NCBI GenBank assembly: GCA_035221665.1
Contig: CM069160.1
Span: 8,370,001-8,434,000, forward strand
Source of the DNA: Okamejei kenojei
Taxonomy: Eukaryota
Direction of reading: 5' to 3'
DNA: 64,000 nucleotides
In this document: positions 26,327 through 38,029 of the stretch, piece by piece
Layout of the letters: each line of letters starts with the position of its first letter
Position numbering within the stretch: the first letter of the stretch is position 1
Notes under the pieces: model-generated
Seen by the model: only the letters and a program-made list of their open reading frames with translations
Told to the model about the DNA's origin: nothing
Database searches by the model: none
Made by a program: the position numbers and the translations under genes

Positions 26327-26823
26327 ATAGAAACATAGACAATAGGTGCAGGAGTAGGTCATTCGGCCTTTCGAGCCTGCACCGCCATTCAATATGATCA
26401 TGGCTGATCATCCAACTCAGTATCCCGTACCTGCCTTCTCTCCATACCCTCTGATCCCTTTAGCCACAAGGGCCACATCTAACTCCCTCTTAAATATGGC
26501 CAACGAACTGGCCTCAACTACCTTCTGTGGCAGAGAATTCCAGAGACTCACCACTCTCTGTGTGAAAAGTGTTTTCCTCATCTCGGTCCTAAAAGACTTC
26601 CCCCTTATCCTTAAGCTGTGACCCCTTGTTCTGGACTTCCCCAACATCGGGAACAATCTTCCTGCATCTAGCCTGTCCAACCCCTTAAGAATTTTGTAAG
26701 TCTCTATAAGATCCCCCCCTCAAACTTCTAAATTCCAGCGAGTGCAAGCCGAGTCTATCCAGTCTTTCTTCATATGGAAGTCCTGCCATCCCAGGAATCA
26801 GTCTGGTGAACCTTCCCTGTACT
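26327..26823 (-). mobile_element. CR1 LINE 3' fragment
   Basis: ORF 26417-26680 (DRLDAGRLFP...FTQRVVSLWNSLP), with tail. Confidence 0.85.
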
Positions 26824-27349
26824 CAGTTTATACAGGGCAGGGGATAGTGAGAGATGGTGTACTGTGCATCAGTGTGGGCAAAGCAGGGGATCACAGTGAG
26901 ATGTTTTACTACGCATCATTGTGCATAGAGCAGGGATTACAGTGAGTGATGATGTACTGTACATCCGTATGTGTATAGTGCAGGCGATAGTGACAGAGAG
27001 AGTCTACTGTGCATCATCGTGGGCAGAGAAGGGGATCACAGTGAGAGATGGTGTACTGTGGATCAGTGTGTCTCTAGAGCAGGGCGATCGCATTGAGACT
27101 GAAGTTGTCGGCATGTTGCTGCCTTACAGCGCCAGAGACCCGGGTTCGATCCTGACAATGAGTGTACGGTCTTTGTACGTGCTCACTATGACCATGCCGG
27201 TTTTCTCCAGGTGCCTCCAGTTTCCTCCCATATTCCAAAGCAGGGAAAGGAATTTCTGCTTCGTCATCGGATCCATCTGATAGCGGTTATTTTGGCCATG
27301 TGAAATTTACTGTGAGCCTGAGAGGTGAGAGGGGCACGAAGACACATAC

Positions 27350-27598
27350 CAAGCATTGGGCCAAATATCCTCAATTGTTCAGAGACAGTCTTGTGAATGG
27401 TGTCTGCGATCTGCTTCTGCCGTGTCCAGTATTCCGCCGTGAAGCCGTTCGCAATCCACTGCTGCCTGGGTGCCACTTCTTCGAGGGAGCTGTCGTAGTA
27501 ATCTATCTGCAGATCATCCAACATCCCAACCCTGGCGAAGGTTGGCAGGTCAGGAATGCTGAGGGAGTAGGTGGCGAAATATCTCAAGCTGTGGGAAT
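27350..27598 (-). CDS. Non-classical MHC class I heavy chain, exon 2 (alpha1 domain)
   Basis: Acceptor ttgctcAG and donor G|GTATGT, 249 nt, phase 1-1. Encodes DSHSLRYFATYSLSIPDLPTFARVGMLDDLQIDYYDSSLEEVAPRQQWIANGFTAEYWTRQKQIADTIHKTVSEQLRIFGPML, with the class I alpha1 hallmarks SHSLRYF, VGxLDD, YDS, PRxxW and EYW. Confidence 0.93.
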
Positions 27599-27680
27599 CT
27601 GAGCAAAGGACACAAGTAAAGAGTGTTAGAAACATACCAAACAAAAAGGTCGAATGCCCAGAGAATACCCATCAGGTGAA

Positions 27681-27982
27681 GGGCTGCACGGTGGTGTAGC
27701 AGTAGAGCTACTGCTTTACAGCGCCAGAGACCCAGGTTCAATCCTGGCTACGGGTGCCTGGCTGTACGGAATTTGTACGTTCACCCCGTGACCTGCGTGG
27801 GTTTTCTCCGATATCCTCGGTTTCCTCCCACCATCCAAAGACGGACAGGTTTGTAGGTTAATTGGCTTGGTATAAATATTAAATTATCCCTAGTGTTTGT
27901 AGGTTAGTCTTAATGTGCGGGGATCGCTGGTCGGTGCCCCGAAGGGCCTGTTTCTACGCTGTATCTCTATACTAAACTAAAA
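27681..27982 (+). mobile_element. Full-length HE1-like SINE adjacent to the alpha1 acceptor
   Basis: GGGCTGCACGGTGGTGTAGC...GGTTCAATCC B box...CTGTATCTCTA(CTAAA)n tail. Confidence 0.8.
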
Positions 27983-29289
27983 TATTAAAAGAGCCTGATG
28001 GAATAAGTTAGGGGTTAGAATTATCATTGTCAGGTGTACCAAGGTACAGCACAAAGTTTTGTTTTGGATGCTATCCAAACAGACCAGGCATACTATACAT
28101 AAATACAATTAATTCAAATTGAGTACAACAGATAGAGCAAAGGGGATATTGCAGAAAATATGGTTTACACTTTACATTTCAGAGATATAGCCCTTTTAGG
28201 AAACAGGCCCTTCGGCCCACCGAGTCTGTGCCGACCAGCGATCATCCAATACACTAGCAGTATCCTACACGCAAGGGCCAATTTTCAATTTTACCAAAGC
28301 CAATTAACTGACAAACTGTAGCACCCGAAAAAACCCACGTGGTTTCAGGGAGAACGTACAAGCTCCGTACAGACAGCACCCGTCGTCAGTCTCTGGCGCT
28401 GTAAGGCAGCAACTCTACCGCTTCGCCACTGTGCCACCCTGCCCAGCATCGAGTTAATAAAAAAGGAGCTGCAAATGCTGGTTTATACCGAAGATAGACA
28501 GAAAATTGCTGGAGCAACTCAGCAGATCAGGGAGCATCTCTGGCGAAAATGGATTGGTGATGTCTTGGGTCGGGGCCCTTTTTTAGATTGATCGTAAGTG
28601 GAGTGGGGGTGGGGGGAACTGGAAGCAAGAAAACATCAGGCCAAATCAGGACTGGCAACATATGACCTCAGGCAGGGTGGTTCCCTGATAGGGCAAGAAT
28701 GGCCTATCTTTAGTTCTTGGCATTGACAAGCAAGAATTTCATTGTCCTATCTGGGACACATGACAATAAAACTCTCTTGACTCTTGACTCTCTTGTAAGT
28801 GTAACAGTTCCATGAACAAAGTTCAACGTATGCAATGTGGTAAAGGTCAATCGGACAGTACGCTAGCTTAAGGAAGGACTGCTCAGAAACCTGATAACAG
28901 AGGGGATGAAGCTGTTCCTGAGCCTGGTGGTGCGTGCTTTCAAACTTCTGTACCTTCTGCCAGATGGGAGTAGGGAGAAGGAGGATATGAAAGGTTTGAT
29001 CAGGCAGGATGTCTGTGATAATGAAGGCTGATCTTCCAAGGCACTCTGAGCTATAGATGTCGAATACTCTCCACTTAGAGTCATCGAGTCATTCAACACG
29101 GAAACAGGTCCTTCGGCCCAACTTGTCCATGCAAACCAAGATGCCCCATACAAGCTAGTTCCATTTGCCTGCATTTTCCCCAAATAGTCATAGTCATTCA
29201 GCACAGAAACAGGTCCATCAGCCCAGCATGCCCTTGCTGAGCAAGATATCCCACCTGCCCGCGTTTGGCCCATATCCTACCAAACCTTT

Positions 29290-29856
29290 CATTGTCATTG
29301 AGTGATACAGTATGGAAACTGGCCCTTCAGCCCAGCTTGCCCACATCGGCCAGCATGTCCCGGCTGCACTAGTCCCACCTACCTGAGCTTGGTCCATATC
29401 CCTCCAAATTTGTCCTAACCATATACCTGTCTAACTGTTTCTTAAATGTTGGGACAGTCCCAGCCTCAACTGCTTCCTCTGGCAGCTCGTTCCATACACC
29501 CACCACCCTTTGTCTGAAAAGGTTACCAAGCAGATTCCTATTACATCTTTTCCCCTTCACCTTGAACCTAAGTATTCTGGTCCTCGATTCCCCCACTCTG
29601 AGCAAGAGACACTGTGCATCTACCTGATCTATTACCCCTCATGATTTTGTACACCTCTATAAGATCACCCCTCATCCTCCTGTGCTGGAACGAATAGGCA
29701 TCCATCCTACTCAACCTCTCCCTATAGCTCAGGCCCTCTTGTCCTGGCAACATTCTCATAAATCTTCCCTGAACCCTTTCAAGCTTGACAATATCTTTCC
29801 TATAACATGGTGCCCAGAACTGAACACAATACTCTAAATGCGGCCTCACCAACATT
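29290..29856 (-). mobile_element. CR1 LINE 3' fragment
   Basis: ORFs 29568-29855 (RPHLEYCVQFW) and 29369-29605. Confidence 0.85.
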
Positions 29857-32800
29857 CCTATCCGATTGTCTTATATGTGTTGTTGTTCCTGCATCAACTA
29901 CCTCCTCTGGCAGAATGAGTGCACCTCCAACCTGCAGACACCATCCCAGAATAAACAGCCCCCCTCCCCCCTGTGTTTGCTTTCTGTGCCCCACTATCAC
30001 TAACAGCCCTTGTTCAAGAAGCAGTACAAGCTGGGCCGGCGCAGCTGTGCAGCAGGTTTATAGCGCCAGGTGACTCAGTGTGGTCTGAAGGACCCATTTC
30101 CATGCTGTATCTCAAAATAAACTAAAACTTTCCACGCAAAAGGGTGACCAAAACTGAACATAATACTCCAATGTCGCCACACCTGCGCCTTGTACAGCTG
30201 TAACATAACATGACAACCTTTTTTTTTTACATTTCAAAATAGACTTTATTCATATGATAAACATATCCAATACATGACCCTCGCGGAAAATCCATCCGAC
30301 ATTTTCGGAGGCTACACAAATTGGTCAATACAGTTTATACATCTTTTCCTAATCACAAATCAGTGCCCACCCGTGCCACTCATGTGGCACACTGGCGTGG
30401 ATACCTTCCCTTATTTTGAGGGGACATCTCCACCATACCATGTCCCCAAAAGGCGAGTACACTGGCTCAATGCACTGTGGCATGGTTGATTGTATCCATG
30501 TGTAGTTTCGTTTCCAGTTTACTGTTCGCAGATACAGCGCGGAAACACTTACCGGCCCACACAGATTGCTGGAGTAGCTAGTAAAAATTTGATGGGCCAA
30601 CAAGTCCGTGCTGATAGGCGATCCCCGAGCACTAACACTACCCTACACACGCCAGCGAAATGTACGATTTTACCAAGCCAATTGGCCCACAAACCTATAT
30701 GTCTTTGGAGTGTGGGAGGAAACCGGAGCAGCCGGAGTAAGCCCACGCAGGTCACGGGGAGAACGTACAAATTCTGGGCAGGCAGCGCCCGTACTCAGGG
30801 TCGAACCCGGGTCTCTGGCGCTGAAAGGACGCAAGTCTGCTGTTGCGCAGGCATGGCGTCCAAAGTAATATTCTTTACTTTGATAGGATAGCACGCAAAC
30901 GTAACTTTTCACTGCACCTCGTGACAATATGACATATGTGACAATAATAAACTAAACTAAGCAAACATTTAACTAAAATTTCATAACCGACCAGGAAATA
31001 TTCCATTCACCACAAGCAACCATCACAGGTTCAGTGCACAAAGCAATCTCCCTGCAAACACATAGACAGATACATAGATATAGACAATAGACAATAGGTG
31101 CAGGAGGAGGCCATTCGCCCCTTCGAGCCAGCACCGCCATTCACTGTGATCATGGCTGATCATGATAGGAAAGGTTTAGAGGGACAAAGGCCAAATGTGG
31201 GCAGGTGGGACTAACTTGGATGGGACATCTGGGTTGACATGGACCAGTTGGGCTGAAGGGCCTGTTTCTGTGTTGTTTGACTGGTTGACTCTAAAGGAAG
31301 CATTTTAAGAAATGGGTTAGTGTTAGAGTTAAGAATGGTCTTGACCCGAAATGTCCAGAGAAGTTACCTGTCCCGCTGAGTAACTCCAGCTTTTTGTGTC
31401 TCTTTTCAAGAAATGACCAGCCATGCTACCATGTTAAATTAAATTGGTAATTAGGCCCAGACAGGATGATGGATAAAATGAACCATCCGTGCCCAGGGAG
31501 ATGTGATGAAGCTGTTAGTACATTGCATCCCAGTGTGGATAGAGACCTTCCCCCAGTGCATGCAGAGCACTGCTTGCCCAGTTCATCCCACTGACAGCGT
31601 CTAGGTCTCACACTGACACACTGACTGAACACTGCAACTCTGTCTCTGCACCATAACCTCTGACCAACCTCTCGAAAATGCACAGCCCACTAACAGTGCA
31701 GCACTCCCTCGGTCCCCGTCTGACCATGTTATGCTCCGACACTGGGCATTGTAAAGCTCACTCAATACTCAGCCACAACACACAAGGTCAAAACCTGCCC
31801 GAACCACCCATTCCAGTCCCTCAATACTCAGTCCCTCCATACTCAGTCCCTCAAAACTAAGCCACAACACACAAGGTCAAAACCTGCCCGAACCACCCAC
31901 TCCAGTCCCTTAGATAGACACAAAATGCTGGAATAACTCAGCGGGACAGGCAGCATCTATGGAGAGAAGGAATGGGTGACGTTTTGAGTCAAGACCCATC
32001 TTCACACCATGAATAACACCCATTCAGAGATTCAGCCTGTCCCGCTGAGTTACTCCAGCATTTTGGTTTAAACCAGCAAGCAGTTCCTCCCTACACTCTA
32101 GTCTAGCCCCTTCTTCCTCATCCCTCATACTCTGAATTGAATTGAACGATACAGCATGGAAACAGGCTATTCGGCCCATCAAGTCGACACTGTCCATTGG
32201 TCATCCATTTACACTAGTTCTATGTCATACCACTTTCTCAACCACTTAACCAATCTACCTACAAACCCGCACGTCTTTGGTGTCTAAAAAACAAAGAGAA
32301 GAGAATGGACAGGCAACGTTTCGGATTGGGAACCCTTCTTAGAATCACACTGCACAGAAACGGACCATTCGACCCAACTCGTCCATACCAAGATGAGCCA
32401 TCTAAGCTATTCCCATTTCTCCGCATTTGGTCCATATCCCTCTCAACCTATCCTACCCACTCACCTGTCCATGTGTCTTTTAAATACTGTTACTGATTCT
32501 GCCTCATCTACCTCCGCCGTCTGAAGAAGGGTTTCGACCCAAAACGTCACCCGTGTCTTCTCTCCAGCGATGCTGCCTGTCCCGCTGAGTTACTCCAGCA
32601 TTTTGCGCCTACAGTTTAAACCGGCATCTGCAGTTTCTTCCTACATACTTCCTCTGGCAACTCATTCCGTGCACCCACCATCATCCGAGTGAAAATGTTG
32701 CCCCTCAGGTTCCTATTAAATCTTTCCCCTCTCACCTTATGCCTTCCGGTTCCCGATTTTCCTCCCCTGGGTCAGAGCTTGTCCACTTCCCTCCACGGGT

Positions 32801-32903
32801 GCTGCCCGACCCGCTGAGTTTCTCCTGTTATTTTCTCGAAGAATACAATTGGCTTTTCCAAATGCAATCCTTGCCATTCGCCACCCCACAACCACTGTCT
32901 TAC

Positions 32904-32979
32904 CTGCGTGGTCTCCCGACACAGGGCAGAGAGAAAAGACGGCGAACAGGAGTGATACAGGTACGTTGTAACTTTCCAT
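32904..32979 (-). CDS. Non-classical MHC class I heavy chain, exon 1 (signal peptide)
   Basis: ATG at 32979 in a strong Kozak context (GCCGCCGAGATGG). Encodes MESYNVPVSLLFAVFSLCPVSGDHA with a hydrophobic core. Ends in a phase-1 donor CAG|GTAAGA. Sits at the edge of a CpG-rich island. Confidence 0.85.
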
Positions 32980-33420
32980 CTCGGCGGCTCCTCACACCGA
33001 CCGAACCGTCTCTGCTGTTTCGTGAAGTACTGAGGGCGGAATTAAAATTGACTGGGTAAATAATGAGCAGAGTTCTCAACAGAAAGCAGGAAGGAGCGAG
33101 CAGGAGAAAGTCGGATCGAGAACCAAATTCTTCTGAGTGCTCGCTACCCCCCTCTCGGAGAGTGTAGAAGTGGGAGTAGAGGAAACGCATTCACGTCTGC
33201 AGCTGACGCGGAGCCCAAACGCTTCCAACAAGAGAGAGTGGGTCAATCAGGGTCAGGTTGCGTCAATGTGCGGCGAGCAGGAGGCAGGGCGGCGCTGGCG
33301 GCAGCGCCCGGTGACTAACGCTGCGCCGGGCACACTTCCAGGATCCTCCCGGAGACCTCGCGGACAAGCCGAGCACCGCAGACCGCTCTGTGCGCTCGAC
33401 ATCTCGTCCCAGCTTCCCCA
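32980..33420 (-). promoter_or_regulatory. CpG-rich promoter/5'UTR of the MHC class I gene
   Basis: CpG-dense stretch immediately upstream of the ATG. GC box GGGCGG at 33034-33039, CRE/X2-like TGACGC half-sites at 33204-33210 and 33258-33265, DR4 GGGTCA-atca-GGGTCA at 33240-33255. Confidence 0.6.
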
Positions 33421-33479
33421 CCCCTCACTCATGTGCTCCCGAGAAATCATTCTGCCCATACCTCGTGCGCCCTACACCT

Positions 33480-34790
33480 CACCCCTTCAGTCCCCCTCCC
33501 CTCCCATTCTATCCCACTCCCCTTTACCCAACTGCCTAGACCCCACTCCCATGTCACACATTCTTACAGCATGAACCCCTCCATTCCCACTCCCCGCCAT
33601 CCCACTCCCCGCCATCCCCTCAATCCCCTCCATCCCAATCCCCTCCATCCCAATCCCCACCATCCCAACTCCCATCATGCCAATCCCCTCTGTGAGATAT
33701 GGGATGTGCTCACAATCACTACTCAAAGACTAAACCGTGGAAGCAAGAGATTCTTTATTTTCGAGTCTGCAGAGTCGGGTGCCTCTCCAAGTTGAGACAC
33801 ACCGAAGTCAGAAGGGTAAACCCCCTTTATACACACAATTCTACATCCAACCTCCTCTCCTTTGACCCCCTCCAATCAGACACTGAGGTGCACAATCTGT
33901 AGGTACGTCCCCCCAGTACCTCCCACATCATACATCGCATGTCCAGACATGTGCATGGTAATGAGCAGTTTCTTGACCAGGGGTGTGTTGTAATATTCAT
34001 TTATTTTATTAAGCATGCTCAGTTGTTCATGACCTACCCTAGTTTTACTCACCTCCAAGTGAACTCTCTCAGTCCTCCTATATCAGCACTAAAGCTAAGC
34101 TATAGTGACAAGGGTCCCATCTATCACTCCCTTCTACTGATAGGGATCTATCTACATCACTCCCTTTTACCGCTATACAATGCTATCACTTCTTACTCAA
34201 GGATGGGTCTGGTAACTTTTGATACACAGCTGTGTCAGAACCCTCTCCCTGGCCCCTATCGGTTTGAATCCTCTTTAAAGCCCCTTACAATAGTGGGGTT
34301 TAATCACTTTATCCCTCACACCACCATCCCAATCACCTCCAACCCAATCCCCACCATCCCACTCCCCACCACCCCCACCATCCCACTCCCTTCCATCCCA
34401 CCTCCAAATCCCCTTAATCCCAATCCCCTTCATCCCACTCCCTCTGTACTCCAGTACTCTACACTTCACTAGGCACTCCCTCTCCTGCCCGTGCACTCCC
34501 TCTCACTGCCCTGAATGACCTCTCACTCCCCGTGCTCTCTCTCACACGCTATCCGAACCTTCTCCTGCACTCTCTCCAACACTCCACCTGCACTCTCTCC
34601 AACACTCCCCCTGCTCTCTCTCCCACACTCCCCCTCCACTCTCTCCCACAATCGCCCTGCACTCTCACAACTCCCCCTTCCCTCTCCCCCACTCCCCCTG
34701 CTCTTTCTCTCCCTGCACTCTCTCCTACACTCCCCCTGCACTCCCTCTTACTCCCCCCTGCACTCTCGTCCACACTCTCTCTTCCTATAC
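33480..34790. repeat. C-rich low-complexity repeats flanking the solo LTR
   Basis: (cccaatcccctccat)-like and (cactccccctgcactctct)-like arrays. G-rich on the minus strand. Confidence 0.7.
33691..34320 (-). mobile_element. Solo LTR (ERV/Gypsy-type)
   Basis: Bounded by TGTGAG...CTCACA inverted termini. On the minus strand TATAAA (33826-33831) is followed by AATAAA (33754-33759). It interrupts a C-rich repeat, with a near-TSD CCTC/CCAC. Confidence 0.65.
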
Positions 34791-36589
34791 AGTCCAAATG
34801 TCTTTCCCCAGAGTGGTGCAGCGGTAGAGCTGCTGCCTTCCAGCGCCAGAGACCCGGGTTTGATCCTGACCACAGGTGCTGTCTGCATGGTGTTTGCACG
34901 TTCTCCCTGTGTTGAAGTGGGCTTTCCCCTAGTGCCCCGGTTTCTGCTCACATCCCAAAGAAGAGCAGGTTTGCAGGTCAATTGGCTTCTGTAAATTGTC
35001 CCTCGGGTGTAGGATAGAAGCAGTGTGAATGGTCGTTCAATGGTCAGCGCGGACCCGATGGGCCGAAGGGCCTGTTTCCACGCTGTATCTCTAAAATGAA
35101 GACTCAGCTAAATCAAAGAGAGATAACACAAGAGGATGTAGATCTAGGGTAAAGGGGAAGAGATTTGGAGGTGATCGGAGGGACCTTTCTCAGTCAGAGT
35201 GTGATGAGTACCTGGAACACACCAAGGCAGAGTCACTGACAGCGTTTAAGAAGTGAATGGACATGCTTTTGAATCACCTTGAAAGCTTGGGACCGATTGC
35301 TGGGGGAATGGGATTAATTCTAATTGGTGGCCATCGATCAACGTGAACGTGGTGGGCCGCACGGCCTGTTTCCATGCTGTACCGCTCTGTCACTCGCCCA
35401 CCATGTGCTCTCCCACACCCAGGGTGGGCTCCCTCTAATTCTTCCTCTTCCCCTTTCCTCTCCCCTGCCCACGTCCTTCCCACTCACCCGACATGTCTAC
35501 CGTCTCTCTTGCCCTGGGTCAAACCCACGGCCCATTTTGTTGGTACCGCTTCAGAATTCCTCATGAATATATCACAAGAATTTTTTACCCTGGGTCTTCA
35601 ACTGGTGATGAGTCTGAACTCACTGCTTGCCCCAACTGGATTTGAGTTTAGAGTTACAGCGTGGAAACAAGCCCTTTGGTCCACTGAGTTCACGCCAACC
35701 GTTAGCACGAGTTCTAAATTATTCTACTTTCTCATCACACGAGGGGTAATTTACTCCACTTACACACTGGGTGCGTTTTACAGAGGTCAATTCACCTCCA
35801 AAACCGCACGTCTTTGGGATGTGGGTGAAAACCGGAGCACCTGGAGGAAGCCCATGGAGTAACCGTGAGACCATGCAAACACAACACCCGAGGTCAGGAT
35901 CGAACCCGGGTCTCTGGCGCTCTGAGGCAGCAGCACCACCATTGTGCCACTCACTGTTCTGTTTGTAATCCTCAGGACATGCCCACATATCGAGCGGTGT
36001 AGACTACCCCTGGCCCTGCCCTTGCTTTGCTACCCCCGAATGCCCACCTGTGCAGCACCCTCACCCACCTCCCCACACCAGGTTCGCCACACACCTTGAG
36101 GAAATGGTAGCAGGAAGCACAAGGAACTGCAGATGCTGGAACCTTGAGCAAAACACAAAGCGCTGGAGGAACTCAACGGGTCGGGCAGAATCTGTGGAAG
36201 GGGATGGACAGATGATTGTTCGGTTCGGGACCCTTCTTCAGTCCCTGCAAATGGCATTAGAGGTAGGCCACCCAGCCCATCAAGTGTGTCCCGCCATTCA
36301 ATCCCACAAGAGCTGTTGTGCTCCACTTCTCATTTCCCCTTCTGATTCGGTTCCTTCCACAGTGCCTGCTGGCGAGAGGAACCATGGAACAGCTGTATAA
36401 CTTGGCAGGTGAAAGGCCACATGGATTAGAGGAGCTAAGTCACCCACCAATCCAAAGATGCCCTGCAGTTTAACAACTATGTTGGAAGAAAATCAAACCA
36501 AACACTTAGGTTTATTTATAAAGGGACAAACTCTGAAATTGGAGACTTCTGTTATGACTGTGTTGAGGCACACAGAATACCAGGGGATC

Positions 36590-37865
36590 GAGGATCTAGT
36601 GGGAGGGAGGAACTGAAGGGAATCCACATTAGTCAGGAAATGGTGTTAGGTAAACTGTTGGGACTGAAGGCTGATAAATCCCTAGGGTCTGATCCCAGAG
36701 TATCAAGGAGGTGGCCCTGGAAATTGTGGATGCATTGATGATCATTTTCCAATTTCTCTCGACCCTTTGATCAGTTCTTGTGGACTGGAGAGTAGCCAAT
36801 GTAACTGGTCCTATACAGGATCGCAGGCAGTGACTAGTGGGGTGCCACAAGGCGCAGTGCTGGGACCCCAGTTATTTACAATATATATTAACGATTTAGA
36901 CGAAGGAATTAAATGTAACATCTCCAAGTTTGTGGATGAAGCAAAGCTGGGTGGTAGTGTGAGCTGTGAGGATGATGCTATGAGGCTGCAGGGTGACTTA
37001 GATAGGTTGGGAGAGGGGGAATATAGAAACATAGAAAATAGGTGCAGGAGTAGGCCATTCGGCCCTTCGAGCCTGCACCGCCATTCAATATGATCATGGC
37101 TGATATCAAACTCAGTATCCCGTACCTGCCTTCTCTCCATACCCCCTGATCCCTTTAGCCACAAGGCCCACATCTAACTCCCTCTTAAATATAGCCAACA
37201 AACTGGTCTCAACTACCTTCTGTGGCAGAGAATTCCGCAGATTCACCACTCTCTGTGTGAAATGGCAGATGCAGTATAATGTGCATGGCAGATGCAGTAT
37301 AATGTGGTTAAATGTGAGGTTATCCACTTTGGTGGCAAGAACAAGGCAGATTATTATCTGAATGATGTCAGACTAGGAAAAGGGGAAGTGCACGAGACCT
37401 GGGTGCCCTTTTACATCAGTCGCTGAAAATAAGCATGCAGGCACAGCAGGCAATGAAGAAAGCTAATTTAATGTTGGTCTTCATTGCAAGAGGTTTTGAG
37501 TTTAAGAGCAAGGAGGTCCTACTGCAGTTGTACAGGGCCCTGGTGAGACCGCACCTGGAGTATTGCGTGCAATTTTGGTCTCATAATTTGAGGACAGACA
37601 TTGTTTCTATTGAGGAAGTGCAGCGTAGGTTCACCAGGTTAATTCCCAGGATGGCGGCACTGATATATGATGAAAGAATGGGTCGACTGGGCTTGTATTC
37701 AGTGGAATTTAGAAGGATGAGAGGGGATCTTGTAGAAACATATAAAATTCTTAAAGGATTGGACAGGCTAGATACATGAAACATGTTCCTGATGTTGGGG
37801 GAGTCCAGAACCAGGGGTCACAGTTTAAGAACAGGGGGTAGGCCATTTGGGGCTGAGATGAGGAA
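36590..37865 (+). mobile_element. CR1 LINE fragments with an inverted CR1 3' end inserted at ~37022-37262
   Basis: ORFs 36767-37093 and 37435-37779 carry RT motifs. The antisense 3'UTR copy lies in the middle. Confidence 0.85.
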
Positions 37866-38029
37866 GGGCCTGCTTCCACACTGTATCTCTAACCTAAACT
37901 AAAATTAAATGCTTTGATAGTGTGGTTTCCATTTGTGAGAAGCGTATAAATAGAAGCTGTCGCTAAATCACGTTCAGCAGCAAATGCGGTTGCAAATTTA
38001 GCAGAAATCCTTCAACCCACAAGAATCAA

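Noticed and set aside
27681-27760. tRNA gene
   Set aside because: The A/B boxes belong to a SINE head. There is no full cloverleaf, and it continues into the SINE body and tail.
31503-31594. Box C (GTGATGA) ... box D (CTGA) snoRNA-like spacing
   Set aside because: Antisense to the host intron, no real terminal stem and no recognisable rRNA guide.
33244-33265. MHC SXY module (X2 TGACGCA plus Y-like CTGATTGA)
   Set aside because: The Y box is imperfect, the spacing is too short and no X1/S box is evident. The same bases are better explained as a DR4.
33137-34994. Several 100-180-aa Pro/Ser/Leu-rich ORFs
   Set aside because: Products of C-rich low-complexity repeats, the LTR and a SINE.
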